32,000 nucleotides of DNA from contig NZ_BMQC01000003.1 of NCBI RefSeq assembly GCF_014647915.1, positions 315,800 to 347,799 of the forward strand, written 5' to 3'. Below, in pieces: positions 9,503 through 17,204 of the stretch. Below the pieces are notes generated by a model, which was not told the DNA's origin, made no database searches, and saw only the letters and a program-made list of their open reading frames with translations. The number at the start of each line of letters is the position of its first letter. Position 1 is the first letter of the stretch. Origin of the DNA: Pilimelia terevasa. GTDB lineage: Bacteria > Actinomycetota > Actinomycetes > Mycobacteriales > Micromonosporaceae. The translations under genes and the position numbers were made by a program.

Positions 9503-10810
9503 TTACAGTGTGGAGACGTGCGGGGCTGGGGCGAAGCGGTTCCGGGTGTCGAGCAGCCGCGTCGCGGCGGCGCTGATGGCCGGGTAGTCGAACGCGTCGT
9601 GGTCGGTCACGAGCACGCAGAGGTCGGCGCGGGCGGCGGCGGCGACGATGTCGCCCGGGGCGACCGGCTTGACGCCGGGGAACTCGCGGGCGAGCCGCAC
9701 CGGCAGGTCCCGCACCAGCGGGTCGGCGACCGAGACGGCGGCCCCGCCCCGGACGAGCTGCTCGATCAGCCCGGTGGTGGGCGTCTCCCGGGTGTCGCCG
9801 CTGTTCGGCTTGTACGCCAGGCCCAGCACCAGCACGTGCGCCCCGTTGACGGCCATCCGCCCGTCGTTGAGCTGCTCGACGATGCGCTGGTAGACGTACC
9901 GCGGCTGGTCGGCGTTGACCCGCATGGCAAGGTCCACGAAGTCGAACCGGCGGCCGAGCGTGCGCTCGATCCGGTCCGACAGGTACGCCGGGTCGACGGG
10001 CAGGCAGTGGCCGCCGACCCCCGGGCCGGGGTTGAACCGCTGGTAGCCGTACGGCTTGCTGGCGGCGGCGTCCAGCACGTCCCAGATGGAGACGTGCAGC
10101 GCGTGCGCGTGCCGGCTCAGCTCGTTGACCAGGGCGATGTTGACGTGCCGGTAGGTGTTCTCCAGCAGCTTGGCCATCTCCGCGGTGGCGGCGCTGGGGC
10201 AGGCGACGACGGTGTCGCAGATGCCCGAGTAGAAGCTCTCGGTGGCCCGGCGGCTGGCCGAGTTCACGCCGGAGACCAGCTTCGGGGTGTTGCCGAAGTG
10301 CCAGGTGGCGTTGCCCGGGTCGATCCGCTCCGGCGAGAACCCGACGAGCAGGTCGCCGTCCTCCACGGTGATGCCGGCCGCGTTGCGCTCCAGGGCCTCG
10401 CGGAACTCGCCGTCGGTGGTGCCCGGGGCGACGGTCGACTCCAGGACCACGAGGCAGCCGGGGCGCAGGTGCGCGGCGAGGTCCCCCGCGGCGGCCAGGA
10501 CCGCGGTCAGGTCGGGGCGGTCCTCGCGCAGCGGCGTCGGCACCGTCACCAGCGCGACGTCGAAGCCGGCCAGGTCGCGGGCGTCGCGCGTGGGCAGGTA
10601 CCGGCCCGTGCCGAGCAGGCCGCTGACGTCCCCGTCGGTGAGGTCGTCGATCGGCGAGACGCCGGAGCGCAGCGCCTCGATCTTCGCGACGTCGATGTCG
10701 TACCCGACGACGGTGTGCCCGGCCTCGACGGCGGCCCGGGCGGCCGGGAGGCCGACGTAGCCCTGGCCGACCACGGCGACCCGGGACAGCGAGGGTGGTG
10801 TGCACTTCAT
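9503..10810 (-). CDS. nucleotide-sugar 6-dehydrogenase (UDP-glucose / UDP-HexNAc 6-dehydrogenase family)
   Basis: Rossmann VAVVGQGYVGLPAARAAVEAGHTVVGYD; catalytic FNPGPGVGGHCLPVDPAYL; VLVLGLAYKPNSGDTRETP. Start ATG at 10810, the ORF opens earlier. Confidence 0.93.
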   Translation of the reverse strand: MKCTPPSLSRVAVVGQGYVGLPAARAAVEAGHTVVGYDIDVAKIEALRSGVSPIDDLTDGDVSGLLGTGRYLPTRDARDLAGFDVALVTVPTPLREDRPDLTAVLAAAGDLAAHLRPGCLVVLESTVAPGTTDGEFREALERNAAGITVEDGDLLVGFSPERIDPGNATWHFGNTPKLVSGVNSASRRATESFYSGICDTVVACPSAATAEMAKLLENTYRHVNIALVNELSRHAHALHVSIWDVLDAAASKPYGYQRFNPGPGVGGHCLPVDPAYLSDRIERTLGRRFDFVDLAMRVNADQPRYVYQRIVEQLNDGRMAVNGAHVLVLGLAYKPNSGDTRETPTTGLIEQLVRGGAAVSVADPLVRDLPVRLAREFPGVKPVAPGDIVAAAARADLCVLVTDHDAFDYPAISAAATRLLDTRNRFAPAPHVSTL

Positions 10811-11329
10811 GGCCGCAGCCCTTCCAGAAGGAGTCCAGATTGGAGACAAGCAAGGGCACCCATTGACCGATATCGGCAAATGCCCGAATTGTCCATGCGG
10901 TGGACTAACGCGAGGAGGACGGAAGTGGCACGGATCGGCGACACAAAGCAACTTCGGAGCTAGGTCAATCAGGGTCGCCGCTTCGTTACCGAACCGTGCG
11001 CCCGAACGTCGTACAAACAGTCACCGAACGGGCCATATCGACACCTCCTGGCCTGGTCAGACGCCCTCTGGCCCATCGGTTACGGGAACCGCACGGACGA
11101 GGGAGGCGACGACCCCGGACGGGGGAAGCGAATTCACCCGTGGCGGCCGCGCGGGACGGTGCCCTGAAGGCCCACGACCCCGGCACGTCCGGCCCCGCGC
11201 GCGGGCCGCCCGGCCGGCGTCGGGGCGGCCGTCCGGTCGACGTCCACTGCGGACCGGGCCGACCCGGCCCCACCCTGCCGGATGCGCCGGACGGCGCCAG
11301 TGCCGGAGGTCCCGCCCCGGCCCCGCCCG

Positions 11330-12991
11330 TCACCGCGCCGCGGCGGCGGCGACGCAGGCGTGCAGCGGGGTCCACCAGTACAGCCGGGTGCCGCGGGGCC
11401 GCGTCCGGGCGACGACGAACCCGCCGCCGTGCCGGTCGGCGCGCTCGGCCAGGTTCACCAGGCCGCTGCGGGCGTCCGCCGGGTCGATGCCCACGCCGTC
11501 GTCGGTGACGGTCAGGCTGACCCGGTCCGCGACCTCGACGACCACCTCGACGGCGCCGCAGCCGGCGTGCCGGGTCACGTTCGACAGGGCCTCCTGGAGC
11601 ACCGCGAGCAGGTCCGCCCGGACGGCGTCGGGGACCGCGCTGTCGACCGGCCCGCGGATCTCGATCCGCGGGGCGAACCCCAGGCTCGCGGCGGCCGCGC
11701 GGATGATCTCGTACAGCTCGCCGCGCAGCGCGCCGCACGGCGGCCGGCGCAGCTCGAAGATCGTCCGCCGGATGTCGCGGATGGTGGCATCCAGGTCGTC
11801 CACCGCGGCGTCGATGCGCTGGCGCACGGTCCGGGCGGCCAGCAGGCCCGCGCTCTGCAACTGCAGGCCGGTGGCGAACAGCCGCTGGATCACCACGTCG
11901 TGCAGGTCGCGGGCGATCCGTCCGCGGTCCTCCAGGACGGCGAGCAGCTCCCGCTCCTCCTGCGCCCGGACCCGCTCCATCGCGAGCGCCGCCTGCGCCG
12001 CGAAGCTGGCCAGCAGGGGCAGGTCCTCCGGCGGCTGGGCGGCGGCGTCCGCCGCCCGGGCGACCACCAGCACGCCGTGCAGCGTGTCGCCGGCCGCCAG
12101 CGGCGACACCACCGCCGGGCAGGAGCCCACGGGGACCGGCCACGGCGCCGCCCGACCCAGGTCCTCGACGACGACCTGGCGACGGCTGATCACCACGTCG
12201 GCGACGGCGGTGCCCGCGGCGGGCAGCACGGCGCCGGTCAGTCCGGCGACCACGCCCCCGGGGTGGTCGGCCACCTCGACGGTGAACTGGCCGCCGTCCT
12301 CGTCGTAGAGCAGCACGATCGCCCACTCGGCCTCGGCCACCTCCCGGGCGCGCCGCGCCACGAGCGTCAGCGCGTCGGTCCGGCGGACCGTGCCCAGCAG
12401 CAGCGAGGTGATCTCGGCGGTGGCCGCCAGCCACCGCTCCCGGCGGCTGGCCGCGGCGTACAGGCGGGCGTTCTCGATGGCGACTCCGGCCGCGGCGGCG
12501 AGCGCGACCAGTACCTCCTCGTCGTCGTCGGTGAAGCCCGCGCCGCCGCGCTTCTCGCCCAGGTAGAGGTTGCCGTAGAGGGCGCCGCCCACCCAGACCG
12601 GCACGCCCAGGACCGGCAGGATCCCCCCGGCGGCGGGGCCGCCCGCCGCCGGGGGGCTGTCGAAGCCCGGGTGGGCGGACCCGTCGGTGGCGTACGTGAC
12701 GAGGTGGACCGGCTGGCCGGGCGCCCCGAGGACGGCGAACGCCCCGTACCGGGCGTCCACCAGGTCGCAGGCCGCTTCGGTGATCCGCCGCAGCGTCATC
12801 CGAAGATCCAATCGCGAGCTGATACTGGCCACCACCGCGTCCAGCAGCGAACGCAGGCAGTCCCGACTGAGCCGCACGTCGCCCACCCGGCTCAACATCC
12901 CGTGCAGCAGCGCGTCCGTCCGCGCGCGGGACAGCGGGGTCAGCGCGAGCGACAGCGCGCTGGCGCCGAGAACTCTGGGCTCGACGTTCAC
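11330..12991 (-). CDS. DevS/DosT-like GAF-domain sensor histidine kinase (HisKA_3)
   Basis: Two GAF-like regions (DLVDARYGAFAVLG...GNLYLGEKRG; AEWAIVLLYDEDG...), H-box GRIARDLHDVVIQRLFATGLQLQS, ATPase TDDGVGIDPADARSGLVNLAERADRHGG. Confidence 0.9.
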   Translation of the reverse strand: MNVEPRVLGASALSLALTPLSRARTDALLHGMLSRVGDVRLSRDCLRSLLDAVVASISSRLDLRMTLRRITEAACDLVDARYGAFAVLGAPGQPVHLVTYATDGSAHPGFDSPPAAGGPAAGGILPVLGVPVWVGGALYGNLYLGEKRGGAGFTDDDEEVLVALAAAAGVAIENARLYAAASRRERWLAATAEITSLLLGTVRRTDALTLVARRAREVAEAEWAIVLLYDEDGGQFTVEVADHPGGVVAGLTGAVLPAAGTAVADVVISRRQVVVEDLGRAAPWPVPVGSCPAVVSPLAAGDTLHGVLVVARAADAAAQPPEDLPLLASFAAQAALAMERVRAQEERELLAVLEDRGRIARDLHDVVIQRLFATGLQLQSAGLLAARTVRQRIDAAVDDLDATIRDIRRTIFELRRPPCGALRGELYEIIRAAAASLGFAPRIEIRGPVDSAVPDAVRADLLAVLQEALSNVTRHAGCGAVEVVVEVADRVSLTVTDDGVGIDPADARSGLVNLAERADRHGGGFVVARTRPRGTRLYWWTPLHACVAAAAAR

Positions 12992-13532
12992 GCACGGATC
13001 GTAGCGATGCTATTACCCGCGGGCCTCGCGCGCACCCGTCGAGTCACCGGTTAGACGCACCCCCACCTGGGCAGGTACCACTGTCGACACATACCCCGCG
13101 GGGGCAACCGGCCATGTGGCCCGGGCCGCATGGCCGGTTGCCCGGGCCGACGGGTGTACCGGGGGGGGGCGCGACGCCACCGCGCGCCGACTTTCCACGG
13201 CGCAATCACCGCGGTGCCGCGGTCCACAACGGATCGGATCGACGCACCCCGCCGGCTCCCGCCGGCACCGCGGCGGAGTCGTCCCCGGCGCCGCCCGCGG
13301 CCGGTACCGGCGGGCGGCCGACGACACGCGGAGCGGCCGCCGGGCGGGGCCGACAACCCGGACCAAGCGGACTATAAGCCGCGAGCACGGTACGCCATTT
13401 ATGGATTTCCATCTATACACGCCCCCGCATGGGACCTACTGTCGAGGACAGTCGCATCGACGGCACTCATAGTCATGTCGTCGGCGGCCCCGACACCCCG
13501 ACCCATCCCGCTCCGACACCCTGGGAGTGCCC

Positions 13533-14462
13533 ATGCGCCACCGCCCGCTCGTCGTCGCCGGCCTGGTCGCCGCGCTCAGCGCGACGGCCGTCCTCACCGC
13601 CACCATGGCGCAGGCGGACACCACACCCGTCCGGCTGGTCGCCGCCGACCCGCCGACCATCCCGACCAGCGCCCCGCTCGTGCACATCGGGGACCTCCAG
13701 AAGATCGCCGACGCCAACGGCGGCACCCGCGCCCACGGCCGCCCGGGGCACAAGGCGTCCGTCGAGGCGGTCAAGGCCAAGCTCGACGCGGTCGGCTTCA
13801 AGACCCAGGTCGTGCCGTTCAACCACGCGGGCGCGCAGGGCTGGAACCTCATCGCCGACTGGACGGGCGGCGACGAGAACAACATCCTGATGGTCGGCGC
13901 GCACATCGACAGCGTCACCGCGGGCCCCGGCCTCAACGACAACGGCTCCGGCACCTCCGCCATCCTGGAGGTCGCCCTCCAGGTCGCGAAGGCCAACCTG
14001 AAGCCCACCCGGCACCTGCGCTTCGCGTGGTGGGGCGCCGAGGAGATCGGCCTGATCGGTTCGTCGGCGTACGTGCGCGCCCTGCCCGCCGCCGAGAAGT
14101 CGAAGATCAAGTCGTACCTGAACTTCGACATGGTGGCGACCAAGAAGGTCAAGAAGTGGGGCGTCTACAGCGACGGCGACAAGGCCCTGGCCGCCGAGAT
14201 CAAGGCGTGGTACGACGCGCGCAACGTCCCCACCGTCCCGCTGGACATCAACGGCCGCTCCGACCACGCGGCGTTCACCCGCGCCGGCATCGCCGCCAGC
14301 GGCGTCATCTCCGAGGACAGCCTCAGCAACCTGGACCCGTGCTACCACAAGGCGTGTGACACCCAGACCAGCCTGAGCCCCGACGCCCTGGGCCTGGCGA
14401 CGAACATGATCGCCGGCGTGATGTGGAAGCTCTCCGGCGCCAAGGTGGCCGCCCGCTCCTGA
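13533..14462 (+). CDS. secreted M28-family zinc aminopeptidase
   Basis: Signal peptide; MVGAHIDSVTAGPGLNDNGSGTSAILE, WWGAEEIGLIGSSAYV, GRSDHAAFTRAGI, CYHKACDT (as in Streptomyces griseus-type aminopeptidases). GTG 13527 is an alternative start. Confidence 0.93.
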   Translation: MRHRPLVVAGLVAALSATAVLTATMAQADTTPVRLVAADPPTIPTSAPLVHIGDLQKIADANGGTRAHGRPGHKASVEAVKAKLDAVGFKTQVVPFNHAGAQGWNLIADWTGGDENNILMVGAHIDSVTAGPGLNDNGSGTSAILEVALQVAKANLKPTRHLRFAWWGAEEIGLIGSSAYVRALPAAEKSKIKSYLNFDMVATKKVKKWGVYSDGDKALAAEIKAWYDARNVPTVPLDINGRSDHAAFTRAGIAASGVISEDSLSNLDPCYHKACDTQTSLSPDALGLATNMIAGVMWKLSGAKVAARS

Positions 14463-14505
14463 GGCGCGGTCCCCGGCCCACGGGAGGGCCGGTTCCCACC
14501 GACGA

Positions 14506-14546
14506 GAGAAGGCCCGTCCTACCGAGGGGGTAGGGCGGGCCTTCTC
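14506..14546. terminator. hairpin terminator candidate between convergent genes
   Basis: GAGAAGGCCCGTCCTACC-GAGGG-GGTAGGGCGGGCCTTCTC, 18-bp arms with one wobble position. Confidence 0.75.
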
Positions 14547-14566
14547 GTGTGCGGCGGTGCGGCGGG

Positions 14567-15163
14567 TCAGCCGACCTGGGCGAAGCCCTCGTCGGGAACG
14601 CTGTCGTACCCGGCGAGCGACTCGGTGTTGTTGACGTCGAGGTCGTACATGGTCTCGACGCGGTAGCCGGCCTTGGCCGGGTTACCGATGCAGCTCAGCG
14701 GGATGGTGATGGTGTGCACCCCGTTGACGAAGTCGCCGTTGCCGGTGCAGGCCGGGGCGTCGGTGTCGGAGGCCGGGAGCTTGTAGACGTCGGCGTAGAT
14801 GTCGCCGTCCTCGTCCAGGCCGTACTCGACGTCGAAGTCCTCCTTGTTGTCACCGTTGGTGTCGATCAGGAAGTCGGTGAGCGAGGACTCGCTCTCCCAG
14901 TTCGGGTCCTCGGCCGGGCTGAGCTGCTTGGCGGTCTTGTAGGTCAGCACCAGGTTGGCACCGGACTTCTTCACGTCCCCGTTGGTGATGTCGGCGTACG
15001 GCGCGTCGACGAGCTCGTCGTCGTCGTTGTAGACGTCGCCCGCCGGGTCGGTCACCGCGACCGGGGCCGCGGGGGTGACCGCGAGCGCCGGGGTGGCGAG
15101 ACCGAGGCCGATGGCCGGAACGGCGACGACGAGCGCCGCGCGCTGCCAGGTCAGGAGCTTCAT
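14567..15163 (-). CDS. secreted hypothetical protein, acidic, with Ca-loop-like segments
   Basis: Signal peptide MKLLTWQRAALVVAVPAIGLGLATPALA; DTNGDNKEDF and DEDGDIYAD. Confidence 0.8.
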   Translation of the reverse strand: MKLLTWQRAALVVAVPAIGLGLATPALAVTPAAPVAVTDPAGDVYNDDDELVDAPYADITNGDVKKSGANLVLTYKTAKQLSPAEDPNWESESSLTDFLIDTNGDNKEDFDVEYGLDEDGDIYADVYKLPASDTDAPACTGNGDFVNGVHTITIPLSCIGNPAKAGYRVETMYDLDVNNTESLAGYDSVPDEGFAQVG

Positions 15164-15200
15164 GAAGTGTGGTCCCCTCTGAGGTTGCGGTTGCGATCGC

Positions 15201-15217
15201 CGACATTACGAATGTCG
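15201..15217. promoter_or_regulatory. inverted repeat, possible operator
   Basis: CGACATT-ACG-AATGTCG, perfect 7-bp arms, upstream of the minus-strand gene starting at 15163. Confidence 0.3.
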
Positions 15218-15507
15218 TCGATATGACACAAGAGGCCGGTGGGCTACTAGTTTTCACGGCCTTTGCCATAGTCCACAAGCGGTACCGACCGAATTGGACG
15301 ACTTTCCCAGCAGATATCCCGCCCCGAGCAACCTCTGCGGGCGAGAATGACGGGCGTCGTCCCGTGCCTGCACTCCCTTCCCGAGCGTTTCCGCCGCGAA
15401 ACCGGCGAGTGACATGGATAACGATCTCTCGGCGCGGCGACCGGGCGGCGGCCGCGCGGCGCGGGAGGATGGCGGACGTACCCGCCGATTACGGAAAGGG
15501 CTCCGGC

Positions 15508-16686
15508 ATGGACACCGCGATCGTGCTCTTCACCCGCGATCTCCGCGTGCACGACAACCCCGCCCTGGCGGCGGCCTGCCAGCTCGCGCGGCGCGTCGTC
15601 CCGCTGTTCGTCCGCGACCGGGCGGTCCGGGCCGGGGACCCGCGGCAGGCGTTTCTGGCCGGGGCGCTGGCCGACCTGCGCGGGTCGCTGCGGGAGCGCG
15701 GTGGCGACCTGGTGGTCCGGGAGGGCGACCCGGTGGCCGAGACCCTCCGGCTGGCCCGCGAGGTCGGCGCCGAAGGGGTGGCGGTGGCGCGCGACGTGTC
15801 CCGGTTCGCGCAGCGGCGGTACGACCGGCTGGCCGAGGCGTGCGGAGCGCACCGGATCGCCCTCAAGGGGTTCGACTCGGTGACCGTCGTCGCGCCGTTC
15901 GCGCTCAGGCCGGCCGGCGGCGACCACTACAAGGTGTTCAGCCCGTACTGGCGCCGCTGGCGGGAGCTGCCGCACCGCGCCGTCCTGCCGGCGCCGTCGA
16001 AGGTGGAGCTGCCCGCGGGCGTGGCGGTCGGCCGGCTGCCCGGCGGCGCCGACCGCGCCCCGGTCCCCGGCGGGGAGCGGGCCGCCCGCGAGCGGATGCG
16101 CCGCTGGGACGGCAGCGACTACGTCGAGGGCCACGACGACCTGGCCGGGGACCGGACGTCGCGGCTGTCGCCGTACCTGCACTTCGGCTGCCTGTCGCCG
16201 GTCGAGCTGATCGGCAAGGCCGGCGTGCCCGAGGAGTTCGTCCGGCAGGTCTGCTGGCGGGACTTCTACGCCCAGGTGTGCGCCGCCTTCCCGCAGATCG
16301 TCGACACCCCGTACCGCCCGGGCGCGCACGACGAGTGGCGCGGCTCCGACGCCGACTTCGACCGGTGGGCGGCCGGCGAGACCGGCGTGCCGCTGGTGGA
16401 CGCCGGGATGCGCCAGCTCGCCGCGCAGGGCTGGATGCACAACCGGGCGCGCCTGGTCACCGCCTCGTACCTGACCAAGGACCTCGGCGTCGACTGGCGC
16501 CGCGGCGCCGCCCACTTCATGGCGGCGCTGGTCGACGGGGACGTCGCCAACAACTACGGCAACTGGCAGTGGGTGGCCGGCACCGGCAACGACACCCGGC
16601 CGTACCGCAAGTTCAACCCGCACCGGCAGGCCGAGCGCTACGACCCCAGCGGCGGATATCGACAGCGATGGCTGGATCGGGTGTGA
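15508..16686 (+). CDS. phrB: deoxyribodipyrimidine photolyase / cryptochrome family
   Basis: LFTRDLRVHDNPALAAA, RTSRLSPYLHFGCLSP, WRDFYAQV, GMRQLAAQGWMHNRARL, NNYGNWQWVAGTGNDTRPYRKFNP. Confidence 0.93.
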   Translation: MDTAIVLFTRDLRVHDNPALAAACQLARRVVPLFVRDRAVRAGDPRQAFLAGALADLRGSLRERGGDLVVREGDPVAETLRLAREVGAEGVAVARDVSRFAQRRYDRLAEACGAHRIALKGFDSVTVVAPFALRPAGGDHYKVFSPYWRRWRELPHRAVLPAPSKVELPAGVAVGRLPGGADRAPVPGGERAARERMRRWDGSDYVEGHDDLAGDRTSRLSPYLHFGCLSPVELIGKAGVPEEFVRQVCWRDFYAQVCAAFPQIVDTPYRPGAHDEWRGSDADFDRWAAGETGVPLVDAGMRQLAAQGWMHNRARLVTASYLTKDLGVDWRRGAAHFMAALVDGDVANNYGNWQWVAGTGNDTRPYRKFNPHRQAERYDPSGGYRQRWLDRV

Positions 16687-17204
16687 TGTCGCGCGCGCGG
16701 GGTACCCGGGACCCCATGACCGCACTCGCCCGCCGCGCGCCCCGCGGCACCGGGATCGTCGCACTCGCCGCCTTCGTCGCCGTCTGCGCCGCCGTCGCGG
16801 CCGGCGGCGCCCTGGCGGCCGCCGACTCCGGCGCCACCTACGCCGCCCTCCAGCGCCCCTCGTGGGCCCCGCCCTCGTGGCTGTTCGGCCCGGTCTGGAC
16901 CGTCCTGTACGCCTCGATCGCCGTCTCCGGCTGGCTGGTCTGGCGGCGGATCGGCTTCGGCAACGCCTTCTGGCCCTACGGCGTCCAACTGGCGCTCAAC
17001 GCCGCGTGGACGCCCGTCTTCTTCGCCGCCGACGCCTACGGCGCCGCGGTCGCGGTCATCGCCGCGCTGTGGCTGGCCATCGGCGCCAACGTGCACGCCT
17101 TCCGGCGGCACGACCGGGGCGCGGCGCTGCTGCTCCTGCCCTACTGGGCGTGGGTGACCTTCGCCGGTGCGCTCAACCTCGCGATCTGGTGGCTGAACCG
17201 CTGA
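16686..17204 (+). CDS. tspO: TspO/MBR family membrane protein
   Basis: YAALQRPSWAPPSWLFGPVWTVLYASIAVSGWLVWRR, FWPYGVQLALNAAWTPVFF, LLPYWAWVTFAGALN. ATG 16686 overlaps the photolyase stop (TGATG); ATG 16716 is an alternative. Confidence 0.92.
   Translation: MSRARGTRDPMTALARRAPRGTGIVALAAFVAVCAAVAAGGALAAADSGATYAALQRPSWAPPSWLFGPVWTVLYASIAVSGWLVWRRIGFGNAFWPYGVQLALNAAWTPVFFAADAYGAAVAVIAALWLAIGANVHAFRRHDRGAALLLLPYWAWVTFAGALNLAIWWLNR

Noticed and set aside
10996-11508. 170-aa minus-strand ORF between the kinase and dehydrogenase genes
   Set aside because: Partly overlaps the kinase C-terminus out of frame, and composition is Arg/Gly/Pro-rich with no recognisable domain.
13161-13169. Run of nine G in the gap upstream of the M28 peptidase
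   Set aside because: Could be phase-variable in principle, but it sits far from both divergent starts in high-GC DNA, and a sequencing or assembly artefact is as likely.
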